Positions 9,829-19,286 of a stretch of DNA of 61,742 nt are shown here, one piece after another. The position numbers were made by a program, and so were the translations under genes. The notes under the pieces are model-generated. The model saw only the letters and a program-made list of their open reading frames with translations, had not been told where the DNA came from and did no database searches. The first letter of the stretch is position 1; every line of letters starts with the position of its first letter. Source of the DNA: Actinomycetota bacterium (lineage in GTDB: Bacteria > Actinomycetota > Actinomycetes > Jiangellales > Jiangellaceae); assembly GCA_046727475.1 (NCBI GenBank), contig JBKPCP010000047.1:1-61742 (forward strand), in the 5' to 3' direction.

Positions 9829-10317
9829 ATGGCTGCACTTACCGTGTGGCGGTTCGACACACCGGACGGCGCCGAGAGAGCTGAGGCGATCCTGCTGCGA
9901 ATGGCCAGAGAAGGTGACATCGGAGTCATGGACGCGGCCACGGTCAGTTGGGCGCCCGGTCAGAAAAAGCCGCGGACCCGTCACCTGACCGACCTCACTG
10001 GCGGGAGGGCCGGTTGGGGTGCCTTCTGGGGCTTCCTCTTCGGCCTGTTGTTCTTCGTTCCGCTGTTGGGCACTGCGGTGGGAGCGGGTGTTGGAGCAAT
10101 GGCGGGCCACTTCGCCGACACCGGCATCGACCGCGAGTTCATCAGCTCGGTCCAGGCCAAGGTCACTCCCGGCACGTCGGCCCTGTTCTTGTTGTCCGAC
10201 CACGCCGCTATGGGCAGGCTCAAGCTCGAGTTCGTGGGGCTGAAGCCTGAGTTGATCTCGACAAACCTCAGCGAGGAGCAGGAGCAGACATTGCGCGATG
10301 CATTCTCCGACAACTGA
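9829..10317 (+). CDS. DUF1269 domain membrane protein
   Basis: MAALTVWRFDTPDGAERA.. N-domain plus a glycine-zipper segment GTAVGAGVGAMAGHFADTGID. SD GGAGAAAGGAG upstream. Start trimmed from the track ORF 9184. Confidence 0.8.
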   Translation: MAALTVWRFDTPDGAERAEAILLRMAREGDIGVMDAATVSWAPGQKKPRTRHLTDLTGGRAGWGAFWGFLFGLLFFVPLLGTAVGAGVGAMAGHFADTGIDREFISSVQAKVTPGTSALFLLSDHAAMGRLKLEFVGLKPELISTNLSEEQEQTLRDAFSDN

Positions 10318-10443
10318 ACGGAGGGACTCAAGCCGGCCGTCGCCCGCACAGCTCACGAGCGACGAGCAGTTCACGCAGCACATCGTTGGCGGGCCCAGAT
10401 CGTCGTCGGTCTCGAGCCGTTCTGCCAGACGTAGGCAACCCGT

Positions 10444-10478
10444 GGGGGTGGAGCCGTCAGGCAAACGGCACCACCCCC
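10444..10478. terminator. Hairpin between convergent genes (8+5 bp stem, 7-nt loop)
   Basis: GGGGGTGG-a-GCCGT ...loop... ACGGC-a-CCACCCCC, read directly. No U-tract. Confidence 0.45.
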
Positions 10479-10488
10479 CAACGGATTC

Positions 10489-10755
10489 CTACGCGCTCAG
10501 GTGTGCCGGCTTGTGCGTCTCCTGCTCGATCTCGCCGGCAGCTTTCTCCAGGAGCTGGTGCACCAGGTCCGACAGCGCCCGCGCCGCAGCGATCTCCTCG
10601 CCGACCCGCGGCTGCAACGGGTCAGCAGGGTTGCGCTTGGCGTGTCCGCGTGCCCGCATCTCGGTCCCGTCAGGCAGCCGGACGAGGCTGGCAGCGGTCG
10701 TATGTGACTCGTCCTCGGTGAACTCGACCTCGATGTGCCATCCGACAGATTGCAT
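10489..10755 (-). CDS. DUF1876 domain protein
   Basis: WHIEVEFTEDESHTTAASLVRLPDG..ARGHAKRNPADP..VGEEIAAARALSDL matches the DUF1876 pattern. Start moved to the ATG at 10755, behind GGGAGG. Confidence 0.75.
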   Translation of the reverse strand: MQSVGWHIEVEFTEDESHTTAASLVRLPDGTEMRARGHAKRNPADPLQPRVGEEIAAARALSDLVHQLLEKAAGEIEQETHKPAHLSA

Positions 10756-10841
10756 CCTCATCACCTCCCGACTCCTCTGCAGCATGCTCCTGTCCGGGCG
10801 CGTCAAACACCCCTTGCCAGATCGTCTGCGACGCACCGACT

Positions 10842-11633
10842 TCACAGAGTCAGGTCCACCACGACCGCGAAATGGTCGCTCGGGTAGAGACCGTCCACCG
10901 GCCGACCGTCGATGAACGCCCGGTCGACCCGCAGGCTCTCCGACTCCCGGCCCGGTTTCGCCAGGACGTAGTCGATCCTCCGGTCGATCTGCTGGGTGGC
11001 CGCCAGCGGCGCGAACGGCACCTCCGAGCTGAGGGTCACCGCGTCCGGATCGCCGCCACCGGCGACCCAGGTGTCCTCGACGACCTCGGTCAAGATCGAC
11101 AGCTGCGGGGTGTCAGGCCCAGCGTTCAGGTCCGCTGCCAGCAGCACGGGCAGTACGCCGTCCACCGTCGGATCCGAAACCAGATCGGCGAGCGCGTGCA
11201 TCTGTGCCAGCTGGTCATCTGCGAACTCCGGCTCCCACTCGACACAGGTCACGACCACGTGCAGTGGACCCGTGGGGTGATCGATCGTTGCCAGCAGCGC
11301 CGCGGGCTCGTACCTGTGCGTGGCCGGTAACCGGATCGTGCGGACATGGGCGATAGCCCAGCGACTCAGCACTGCGACACCGACGTCCATCCCTTCCTGG
11401 TCGGGCGATTCCAAGGGGTCCGGCACCGGCGGCAGCGACGGCGTCGCCACGGCATGCGCCATCCCAAGACGACGGCCGAGCAGCTCAGCCTGTGACGAGT
11501 CCCGGCCGACCCAGACCTCCTGCAAACCGACCACGTCGGGTCGCAGCCGCGTCAAGGTCTCGACGATGCCTCGCTCTCGGGTACGCCAGTCCGGCGCGAA
11601 TCGCCACAGTAGGTTCCAGCTCACGACACGCAT
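10842..11633 (-). CDS. Endonuclease/exonuclease/phosphatase (EEP) family protein
   Basis: MRVVSWNLLW..PDVVGLQEVW..SDHFAVVVDL motifs. Confidence 0.85.
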   Translation of the reverse strand: MRVVSWNLLWRFAPDWRTRERGIVETLTRLRPDVVGLQEVWVGRDSSQAELLGRRLGMAHAVATPSLPPVPDPLESPDQEGMDVGVAVLSRWAIAHVRTIRLPATHRYEPAALLATIDHPTGPLHVVVTCVEWEPEFADDQLAQMHALADLVSDPTVDGVLPVLLAADLNAGPDTPQLSILTEVVEDTWVAGGGDPDAVTLSSEVPFAPLAATQQIDRRIDYVLAKPGRESESLRVDRAFIDGRPVDGLYPSDHFAVVVDLTL

Positions 11634-11938
11634 AGATGCCCTGAAAGCCCTCGATCACCCACACCCGATCCGGCCGCCGGTTCACAAACATTGTCCGGTA
11701 GCCGTCACTGTCGGTGGCTTACCGGTCCCCGCCGCGAACCGTCTCATCAGCGGTCATCACCTCGACCGTGACGGAGCGTTGTGCGGGTCTATGCCGATGA
11801 TCACGCGGCCTGGTTCTGCGGCCACCCTGATCCTCCGATGCTCGATCCACTACTGGTCCTCGAGCGGTGACGTACCCGCGGCGCGCCTGGTGACGCCAGA
11901 GTCCTGGCCTTTCGAGCGCGCCGCGGGTATCGGCTCCG

Positions 11939-13759
11939 TCAGTCTGGGATGTAGTTGAGGTCCTGTGCCGACGGCGTCCAGTCAGGCGACGCCGGACCGC
12001 GGCCGAGACCGCACGCACTGTCGGGCAATGGGGTTCCTTCCTCCGCGGGCGGACCGTACAGTCGCTCCGCAGCGACCCACGGCTCCGCGGCCTGACCGTC
12101 GAGGAGCAGCGGGATGAGACCCCGTTCGGGTTGGGTCAGAGGAACCATGTACCCACTCGGCCTCGTCTGGACGCGCCAGCCGTGGGCCTCGATGCGCTCG
12201 GCCACTGTGGTGGAACCGTCCGTGCGTGGACCGTTGTACTGCTGCTCGGTGAGGAGGTACCCGCACGGCGGATCCTCGAGGATCTGGTCCGGGGTCGGAA
12301 CCTCGGGTGGCGGCGGGCTCTCACCGGGGTGCGGAGGCGGAAAAGCCGGGACGTCATACGAACCCCTGAACACGATCCGACCCGTGTTCAAGGTTTGGAA
12401 CTCTGCCCCGTCCTCGGTTGCCTCAGTGATGTCGGCCTGATTCGCCCGGAAGTAGTCCAGGAACTCGTGGTAGTTGTAGAGAGCCGAGTATCCCTTGCGC
12501 TTCCGGCTGCTCGGCGTGTTGGACCCATCGTCGGACGGGCGCGTCTCCCCGCCCGCGCTGCGTGCCTCGAGTAGTGCACCGACCACGTTCTTGAGTCCCA
12601 TGGTGTTGCGCAGGATGGTCTCCTGGCTGAGGCCGACCGCGCCGCCGCCCTGGCAGCCGTACGGGCAGTACCACCAGCCGTCGACGGAGCCCTGCTCGTA
12701 GAGCCAACCTTCGATCAGGTCCTTCGCCTGGCTGAATACCGGCCCGGCGACGTTGAGGTGCCGTGGGTAGAGCACCGGCAGATCCCCAGCCTGGATGTTG
12801 CCGAACTCGTGGCCGTCGAATCCTGCTTCGGGCCGATAGTCGCGCAGCATCCTGACGAACGCGAACGTCTCCGGCTGGCGAATCAGCGAGAAGTCGCGGT
12901 TCAGATCCTGCCCTGTGGAGTTGCCCCGAGTGTTCGCCGCGCGTCCGTCCCCGTTGATCGCAGGAACGATCAGGACCGTGGTGTTCGACAGGATGTCGAT
13001 GGTGCGAGCGTCGTCACCGAACGCCAACTGCCGGGCCAGGATCAGGCATGCCTCTCGCGAGGACGGCTCATTGCCGTGCACATTGCAGTTGACGAGTGCT
13101 GCAGAGGAATGGGCGATCCTCCTCGCAGTTCCCGGCGGCGTCGGGTAGCCGATGATGAACATGTTGATCGGACGGCCGAGAACCGTCCGCCCTATCTCCA
13201 CGACCCGCACCCGTTCGCTCGCTGCGTCGAGCGCGGCCGTGTAGGCGTACTCGTTCACGTCGCTGGTGAACTGCGCCGCCTGGGTCATTTCCCACTGGGT
13301 GCGAAGGTTCTCTCCCGGGACGCCTGGATCGCCCCACTGCGGCAGGGTGGTGTCGTACACCGGATCGGAGAACGGCTCCCCGGTCGCGGCGACGCGCCAG
13401 CGGAACCGATCGCCCGGGTTGAAGTTGGCATCGGCGAAGGCCGGCGAGTCCTGGTTCACCTGCCGGTTGGGTCGCCAGATACCCGTGATCACCGGTTCGC
13501 CGATGGGATTGTTGTCGGCATCCACGGGGGTGCGCTCTATCTGGTACTCGGTTGCCCCCTCCACGGGTTCCCAACTCAGCGTGGCGTATCCCAGTTGCTG
13601 CTCGACGGTGAGGGCGGTGACTTGACCCTGCTCCTGTGCCCGGGAGGTTCCCGTGGAAATCAGTGAAACGATGAGCACAATTCCGACACTGGCCGCCAGC
13701 AGCACCCGGCTCCGGTGACCTCTGGCCCCCCGCCAAGCAATGGCTTCCTCTGTCTGCAT
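11939..13759 (-). CDS. Secreted M14 family zinc carboxypeptidase with N-terminal anchor/signal and Fn3-like domain
   Basis: NCNVHGNEPSSREACL (HxxE zinc motif). N-terminal hydrophobic segment. SD GAGGAGAAGAGGA upstream of the ATG at 13759. The GTG at 13819 is an alternative start. Confidence 0.85.
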   Translation of the reverse strand: MQTEEAIAWRGARGHRSRVLLAASVGIVLIVSLISTGTSRAQEQGQVTALTVEQQLGYATLSWEPVEGATEYQIERTPVDADNNPIGEPVITGIWRPNRQVNQDSPAFADANFNPGDRFRWRVAATGEPFSDPVYDTTLPQWGDPGVPGENLRTQWEMTQAAQFTSDVNEYAYTAALDAASERVRVVEIGRTVLGRPINMFIIGYPTPPGTARRIAHSSAALVNCNVHGNEPSSREACLILARQLAFGDDARTIDILSNTTVLIVPAINGDGRAANTRGNSTGQDLNRDFSLIRQPETFAFVRMLRDYRPEAGFDGHEFGNIQAGDLPVLYPRHLNVAGPVFSQAKDLIEGWLYEQGSVDGWWYCPYGCQGGGAVGLSQETILRNTMGLKNVVGALLEARSAGGETRPSDDGSNTPSSRKRKGYSALYNYHEFLDYFRANQADITEATEDGAEFQTLNTGRIVFRGSYDVPAFPPPHPGESPPPPEVPTPDQILEDPPCGYLLTEQQYNGPRTDGSTTVAERIEAHGWRVQTRPSGYMVPLTQPERGLIPLLLDGQAAEPWVAAERLYGPPAEEGTPLPDSACGLGRGPASPDWTPSAQDLNYIPD

Positions 13760-13863
13760 GGGTTTGTCCTCTTCTCCTCGGTAGTTCTCATCACCGCGGA
13801 TAGTGGTAGTTCGCCGCACTCACCTCCTGACTCCGATGCCAAATCTCCTTCCCCGGAGACGAT

Positions 13864-13904
13864 GTCGCTCGGCTAAGTCGGTCAGGCCGACGTAGCCGAG
13901 CGAC
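13864..13904 (-). other. Strong hairpin (about 17 bp stem, 5-nt loop) in the carboxypeptidase leader
   Basis: GTCGCTCGGCTA-a-GTCGG tcagg CCGAC-g-TAGCCGAGCGAC, read directly. Confidence 0.6.
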
Positions 13905-14057
13905 TGCCCGATATTCGCTCATTTCCGTGCCGAGATGCGCTCACGCCCCTAGAGGATCGTCGTTTCCAGGAACTCACGAGAGCGGCCTCCTCTCATAGCG
14001 GAGGCGCCCGCCCGAGTTGAGGCGGTATGCCTCATGGGTTTCGGAAAAACGGCAAAT

Positions 14058-14086
14058 ACTATACCACAGCTATACATTGCCGTCAA
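14058..14086 (-). promoter_or_regulatory. Near-consensus sigma70/HrdB-type promoter TTGACG-17nt-TATAGT (minus strand)
   Basis: Reverse complement of 14058..14086. Lies in a stretch of about 38% GC and points toward the carboxypeptidase gene roughly 290 nt away. Confidence 0.5.
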
Positions 14087-14339
14087 TTGATTTCATTCTC
14101 CTCGAGAATTGCCCGATTAGATCCAGAGAAAGGGCGCGAGAAAAGGATGCGTCCCCTCGATTAGCCCCTCAAAAGGACGCTCGCCTCCATTGCGGGCAAG
14201 GTGCGGCGGGCTGACCCGTCCGACGTCAACGTCCAGCGCTCACTCGCCTGCTGCACCGGCTCAACCTGGTGGCGTGGGATGTGCACGTACAGGTGGCTCG
14301 TGTCGCGGCCAGTCGCTCTCGCTGTCCTTCAGCGCTTGA

Positions 14340-15596
14340 TCAAGCCGAGCCGATCCTGGTCGTCTCGCTGTCGGCGTTGTTGGTTGTGTCCGGGTCGAAC
14401 TCGACGGCGGACACCTGCGCTTGGTCGGTGACCGATCCGATTCCCCGTGGCCGCAGCCTGACCGTCAGGGTGGCGTCGGCACCACTGGCCAATTCTCCCA
14501 GTTGACAGTCGATGCTGCTGTCGGCCGTCTGCGCGCACTGGCCCTGGGTGGCGCCGAGAGACAGAAGCTGTACGCCGCCCGGGACTGTCGTGCTCCAGGT
14601 ATCGGCGAGGGTGACCCCTGACGCCGGTGATGGGCCGAGGTTGGTGATCGTCACCGTGTAGGAGAGGGCCTCCCCCGGGGTGGATGGGTCGGCCGACTCG
14701 CTGATCTGCACGGACAGGTCGGCGGCCGGGCTCGCGTTGACCACGGTCGAATCGGCGTTGTTCGACGACACCGGATCGGGCTGGTCCGAGGTGAGCGAGC
14801 CTTGCACCGTATAGGAGCCCGCCTCGGAGGCCGTGACCCCGAGGATTCCGATGCTTCCGGCGCCCGGCGGCAGCGATCCCCAAGAGTAGGAACAGCTCAG
14901 CCCGGTGTCGGTCTCGGTGCACAGACCACCACCGAAGTCACCGGGTCGGAGGCCGAGCGGGAACTCGAGGATGACGGTCAAGCCGGTCGCGGCCGCTGGG
15001 CCGGCGTTCCGGACCTCGACGCCCAGAAAGATGTTCTGCCCGGCGTAGCCCTCCACCGAGGTGGGAAGGTTGATCGACACGTCCGCTTCGGTCGGCTCGA
15101 CTACCACCGTGTCTTCGGTGTCGGAGTTGTTCGAGAGATCTCGGTCCTGCTCGGTCGCGGTCACCGCGTAGGTGACCTGTAGGACACCCGCTGTGGAAGG
15201 CGTGACGGTGATGAGAACTATGCGGGCCGCATCGGCGTCCCACGACGGGAAACTGCACGTCACGGTCCCGGCTGACTCGGAACATGCCGGGTCCGACTCG
15301 AAGGGCTCGAACCGGACGGTGGCGGGAAGAGTGGCGGTCACCTCGACCCCCGTAGCGGGGCTGGGCCCGAGGTTCGCCACCTCCAGCTGGTAGCGCAGAT
15401 CGTGATTCGTGAGGACGGGGTCTGGACTGTCGCTGACCATGATGGACATGTCTGCTCTCGCCGGCGCTCGAGCAGAGGCGCTGCCAGCGGCGAAGGTCGG
15501 AACGAGACTCAGCAGGACAGCCAGAACAAGGAGCATGGATCTACGCCGGTTCCCCACCCTCGGCGGCGATTCGTACTGATTGCGCGACCGCAGCAT
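14340..15596 (-). CDS. Secreted DUF11 (TIGR01451-type) repeat protein
   Basis: Signal peptide, then repeated modules such as LRYQLEVANLGPSPATGVEVTATLP and LSYTVTITNLGPSPASGVTL, each ending in SNN.D. An alternative start lies at 15536. Confidence 0.8.
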   Translation of the reverse strand: MLRSRNQYESPPRVGNRRRSMLLVLAVLLSLVPTFAAGSASARAPARADMSIMVSDSPDPVLTNHDLRYQLEVANLGPSPATGVEVTATLPATVRFEPFESDPACSESAGTVTCSFPSWDADAARIVLITVTPSTAGVLQVTYAVTATEQDRDLSNNSDTEDTVVVEPTEADVSINLPTSVEGYAGQNIFLGVEVRNAGPAAATGLTVILEFPLGLRPGDFGGGLCTETDTGLSCSYSWGSLPPGAGSIGILGVTASEAGSYTVQGSLTSDQPDPVSSNNADSTVVNASPAADLSVQISESADPSTPGEALSYTVTITNLGPSPASGVTLADTWSTTVPGGVQLLSLGATQGQCAQTADSSIDCQLGELASGADATLTVRLRPRGIGSVTDQAQVSAVEFDPDTTNNADSETTRIGSA

Positions 15597-15885
15597 CGGG
15601 ACCGTCCTCCCAACATCGACGAGGCGTGTCCGTCGACGTCACGTCGCCAGCTCAGCCAAGCACGTCTGTCCACGCTGAGCATCGGACGAGACAGCGGACT
15701 CATCGGCCCCGCGGCGTCGTCCTCGACCCCACACCTTGGCACCATCTGACCGCCATGCACAGGTCTGAGCACGTGAGCGTTTCCACCCTTGCGGCGCCTA
15801 CCAGCGAACCGTCGAACACCGTGGCAGCTACGGAGCGGCGGAGAACCTGGCCACGACCCGGCGCTGTCGTCCCAGGCGGCGCTTC

Positions 15886-16716
15886 CTAGCGCCGCCGCCG
15901 ACCGCTGTCTTGACGCTCGAGCGGGGTTCGCCAGGTCCAGGTGCCCGGCGTCTCCGCCGGGCTGTCCAGCGCCGGAACCGAGGTGGGCACTGGGTCCTCG
16001 TCGATGGGTGAGACCGCAATCATGACGGACGTGATGCAGAGGAAGGCCGCCATTCCGATGGTCAGCGGGAGGATGAACTGCAAGGCGGTCGCACCGGACA
16101 GCGCAGTGTGCTCCGCGTGCACATCGACCCGCAGCGCCGCCATGGCGGTGTAATGCATGCTGCTGACCGCGAGGCCCATGACCAACGCCGCGATCAGGGC
16201 ACCGAGCAGGTCCTGAACCCGGGTCACGATCCAGAGGGCGGCTGTGGCCGCGACGATGGCGATCACCACCGAGGTGACCACCAGCAGCGTGCTGTAGCCG
16301 ACCGTCCCATTGACGCGTACGGCCGCCATGCCCGTGTAATGCATGGTCGCGACACCCAAGCCGGTACCGACACCACCCAGGAGCAGGGAGCGCGTCGTCG
16401 CCTCGCCGTACCCGACCGTGAAAACCCCGGCGCCGACCACGACGATGGCGACTGCCAGGCTGATCAAGGTCAGCGGGACGTCGTACCGGATGACGGAGCC
16501 GGACACGCCGAATCCGAGCATCGCGATGAAGTGCATCGTCCAGATGCCGGAGCCGATCGCCGTTGCGCCCAGCATCAACCAGTTGCGCCGTGAGCGGCCG
16601 GTCTCCCTCAATGCCCGGACCGTGCAGCGCAGTCCAACGGCCGCACCGGTGCACGCCATCAGGTACGAGAGCACCGGGGTCAGCAGGCCGTAGCTGAAGT
16701 GTTGCATGTGTCCCAC
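15886..16716 (-). CDS. Stand-alone MHYT domain membrane protein
   Basis: Three MHxxxM repeats (MHFIAMLGF, MHYTGMAA, MHYTAMAA) in TM helices. Short non-enzymatic tail. Confidence 0.8.
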   Translation of the reverse strand: MGHMQHFSYGLLTPVLSYLMACTGAAVGLRCTVRALRETGRSRRNWLMLGATAIGSGIWTMHFIAMLGFGVSGSVIRYDVPLTLISLAVAIVVVGAGVFTVGYGEATTRSLLLGGVGTGLGVATMHYTGMAAVRVNGTVGYSTLLVVTSVVIAIVAATAALWIVTRVQDLLGALIAALVMGLAVSSMHYTAMAALRVDVHAEHTALSGATALQFILPLTIGMAAFLCITSVMIAVSPIDEDPVPTSVPALDSPAETPGTWTWRTPLERQDSGRRRR

Positions 16717-16753
16717 GACGGTTCCTTCCGCGCGGCCGAGTGTGCGGCGGCGG

Positions 16754-17476
16754 TCAGGATACGTGTCTCGACGGTTGACGTGAGACAGCCGGCCCGCTTC
16801 GAGGGTCGATGAACGCGCAGAACTCGTTCCCTTCCGGGTCGGCCATCACGTACCAGGCAGTGTCGTCGCCCGGCGGCCGCAGCATGGTTGCTCCGGCGTC
16901 GACGAGCAGGTTGACGTCGGCCGCGCTCACGTCCCAGTGGATGCGGTTCTTGACCGTCTTGGGTTCTGGCACGGGGTTGAAGTCCATGGTCTCGATCGCC
17001 ATGCCGGGTACGTCCATGACCGTGGAGAAGCCGCTGTTGTCGTGCACGGACCGAGCGCCGTAGACCTCGGCCCACCACCGAGCCTGTGCCGGCGGGTCGG
17101 CGCTGTCCACCACCAGGCCGTGCAGGCGACGTTCAGGCAGGTCGGTGCGCAGGAACGCGCAGTATTCGCCGCCCTCGGGATCAGCCATGACCGTCCAGCG
17201 GCGGCCGTCGCCTTCCGGGAGCAGGATCCGGGAGCCCAGCGCTTCCAGGCGCGCCAGGTCGGTCGTGTAGACGTCGAGATGAACGCGATGCTTGGCCGAC
17301 TTGGGCTCGGGTACCCGGTTGACCCAGATCCGCGGATGTGGTTCGGGCCCTGAGACCAGACCCTCGCCGTTGTCGTATGGCGTCCACGTCACACCCAGGA
17401 CGGCCGCCCAGAAGGCGCCGAGCCGGGACGGGTCGTTGGCATCGATGCACAGCTTCTTGAAGCGGGCGAGAGCCAT
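16754..17476 (-). CDS. VOC (glyoxalase-like) family protein, two-domain
   Basis: Two repeats of the ..KNRxHxDV..L...GA.....DD..W.VMADPEGNEFC pattern. Start moved to the ATG at 17476. The upstream part of the track ORF is low-complexity. Confidence 0.8.
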   Translation of the reverse strand: MALARFKKLCIDANDPSRLGAFWAAVLGVTWTPYDNGEGLVSGPEPHPRIWVNRVPEPKSAKHRVHLDVYTTDLARLEALGSRILLPEGDGRRWTVMADPEGGEYCAFLRTDLPERRLHGLVVDSADPPAQARWWAEVYGARSVHDNSGFSTVMDVPGMAIETMDFNPVPEPKTVKNRIHWDVSAADVNLLVDAGATMLRPPGDDTAWYVMADPEGNEFCAFIDPRSGPAVSRQPSRHVS

Positions 17477-17657
17477 GAAGTGGACACTAGAGCCCGCCCA
17501 GGACAGGCTCGAAACATGGCCGTAGGTCGGCCACGAGCTTGCGGTTTGACAGGGCCCGGGCCCGCGACGGCGGGCGCTCGCGGGAGGCGCACATCTACAA
17601 TCGTCGCGGTCGCTGCGTCTGCGGCTGCCGATCCCCGATGCTAAGGACGCCGTTCCC

Positions 17658-18347
17658 GTGCCCGCCTTGTTGACCGGATCCGCGTCCGCTTCCGAGGCTG
17701 TGGACGATGGTCTCACTGGCCTGGCCGGGCTGGCGGCGGACGTGATCGACGCTCTCGGCGAGGTGGGTGTCGGCGTCCTCACCTTCGTCGAGACCGTCTT
17801 TCCACCGATCCCCAGCGAGATCGTGCTCTCGCTGTCCGGATACCTCGCCGAGCGGGGACGGCTGAACATCGTGTGGGTCGTCGTTGCCGCGACGCTCGGA
17901 GCCGTTCTCGGTGCGCTCGTCCTCTACGGCCTGGGAGCCGTCTTCGGCGAGGACCGGGCCAGGCGCTGGCTGACCAGGCTGCCGCTCGTGGAGACGTCCG
18001 ACTTCGACAACGCGTCGGCATGGTTCCACCGGCATGGCCACGGGGTGGTCTTCTTCGGACGGTTCGTGCCGATCGTGAGGAGTCTGGTCTCACTGCCCGC
18101 GGGTGCCCAGCGGATGCCGCTGACGCCCTTCGTGCTGCTGACGGGGCTGGGTAGCTTGCTGTGGAACAGCGCTCTGGTCGGTGCCGGCTACGCATTCGGC
18201 ACGCAGTACGACCGGGTAGAGCAGTACATGGGATACCTGGACTACGTGATCTACCTGGCGGTCGCCGCGATCGTCGCCTGGTTTGTGGCACGCAAGCTGC
18301 GCCAGCGCCGAGCCGCCGCGGCTGCCGGCGGCCGTCACCGAGCCTGA
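17658..18347 (+). CDS. DedA family membrane protein
   Basis: LTFVETVFPPIPSEIVLSLSGYL and FFGRFVPIVRSLVSLPAG motifs. Confidence 0.85.
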   Translation: MPALLTGSASASEAVDDGLTGLAGLAADVIDALGEVGVGVLTFVETVFPPIPSEIVLSLSGYLAERGRLNIVWVVVAATLGAVLGALVLYGLGAVFGEDRARRWLTRLPLVETSDFDNASAWFHRHGHGVVFFGRFVPIVRSLVSLPAGAQRMPLTPFVLLTGLGSLLWNSALVGAGYAFGTQYDRVEQYMGYLDYVIYLAVAAIVAWFVARKLRQRRAAAAAGGRHRA

Positions 18348-18372
18348 CTTACGTCCATGACCAGGCGCAGCC

Positions 18373-18406
18373 GCGCTTCACCAGGTTTCTGGGCCTGGTG
18401 AAGCGC
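18373..18406. terminator. Perfect 13-bp stem / 8-nt loop hairpin between convergent genes
   Basis: GCGCTTCACCAGG tttctggg CCTGGTGAAGCGC, read directly. Confidence 0.6.
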
Positions 18407-18542
18407 CGCTGCGGGTGGTTAACGTGATCAAACGCCGGGGCGCCAGCTCCCCGGGTCCTGGCGCCGTCGTCCCGGGGGCAGGTCCCCTGCGGCTCCCCGA
18501 TCCGCTCGCCGTCCCTCCCGGCCGGCTGGTGCTCGGCCCTCG

Positions 18543-19178
18543 CTAGAGCGTGCTGCCCTGCGCCTGCACGGTCTTCGCCAGGCCTGCCTCGGTGAGGCTC
18601 TCGAACACGTCGAGCATGTGCTGCAGGCGGTTCAGCTCGCTGCTGTGGAACGACGGGCCGTCCTCGCGTGCGACGGTGAGCACCAGGCCACCGGGAAGCG
18701 GTGCCCGAGCCAGGCGCGCACCCTCGGTGACCGCGATGGCCCGGGTTGGGACGCCCTCGGGCAGCCGAGGATGCGAAGGTGCCTCCGGGGTCGACATGAG
18801 GACCACGCTGCCCGCATCGGACACGCAGCCCCAGGTGGCGGCCAGCACCAGGGGTGCCGCATCCATCAGCGTGACGAGTGCGCGTTCGGGTGCCGTCACC
18901 ATCTGAGCGATCACGCCCGCCTCGGGCATCGCCTCCGGGGTGCTACGCGCCGCCCACACGCCGACCGGGCGGACACCTGGGATCGAGCGCAGCGCGGACA
19001 GGAGCCGGTCGCGTGGCTGGCCCCTCCACTCCAAGGTGATGTCGTCGAGAGCCCGCCCCGAGTCACGCTCGAGCACGAAGATCTGAGCGACGTCGGCGCC
19101 CAGTACACCGAGCGTCCAGGTCACCCGGCCGAGCGAGCCAGGCTGGTCAGGAAGCTCGATACGCAGTCGCAGCAGCAT
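18543..19178 (-). CDS. ACT domain-containing protein
   Basis: MLLRLRIELPDQPGSLGRVTWTLGVLGADV is an ACT N-terminus. Start moved to the ATG at 19178. Confidence 0.6.
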   Translation of the reverse strand: MLLRLRIELPDQPGSLGRVTWTLGVLGADVAQIFVLERDSGRALDDITLEWRGQPRDRLLSALRSIPGVRPVGVWAARSTPEAMPEAGVIAQMVTAPERALVTLMDAAPLVLAATWGCVSDAGSVVLMSTPEAPSHPRLPEGVPTRAIAVTEGARLARAPLPGGLVLTVAREDGPSFHSSELNRLQHMLDVFESLTEAGLAKTVQAQGSTL

Positions 19179-19286
19179 GGGTGTCCCCGTCTCGGTCGGG
19201 CGGCGCCGCTCGTAACGGGAGAGCGGCCTGGCCCCCACCGTGCTCCGTCCACGTTGCCCCGGTGTTTCGGTCGTGGGTCGGTGGCG

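Noticed and set aside
11634-11938. Possible gene remnant: the minus-strand frame reads ..VTVEVMTADETVRGGDR*ATDSDGYRTMFVNRRPDRVWVIEGFQGIY, running into the EEP gene start.
   Set aside because: There is one in-frame stop and no recognisable family. This is not enough evidence to call a pseudogene, and it needs a database search.
14017-14214. 65-aa plus-strand ORF inside the low-GC island.
   Set aside because: It has a TTG start and no SD. Its composition is unlike the genome's coding bias, and it runs opposite to the strong promoter found there. I treated the region as regulatory or RNA instead.
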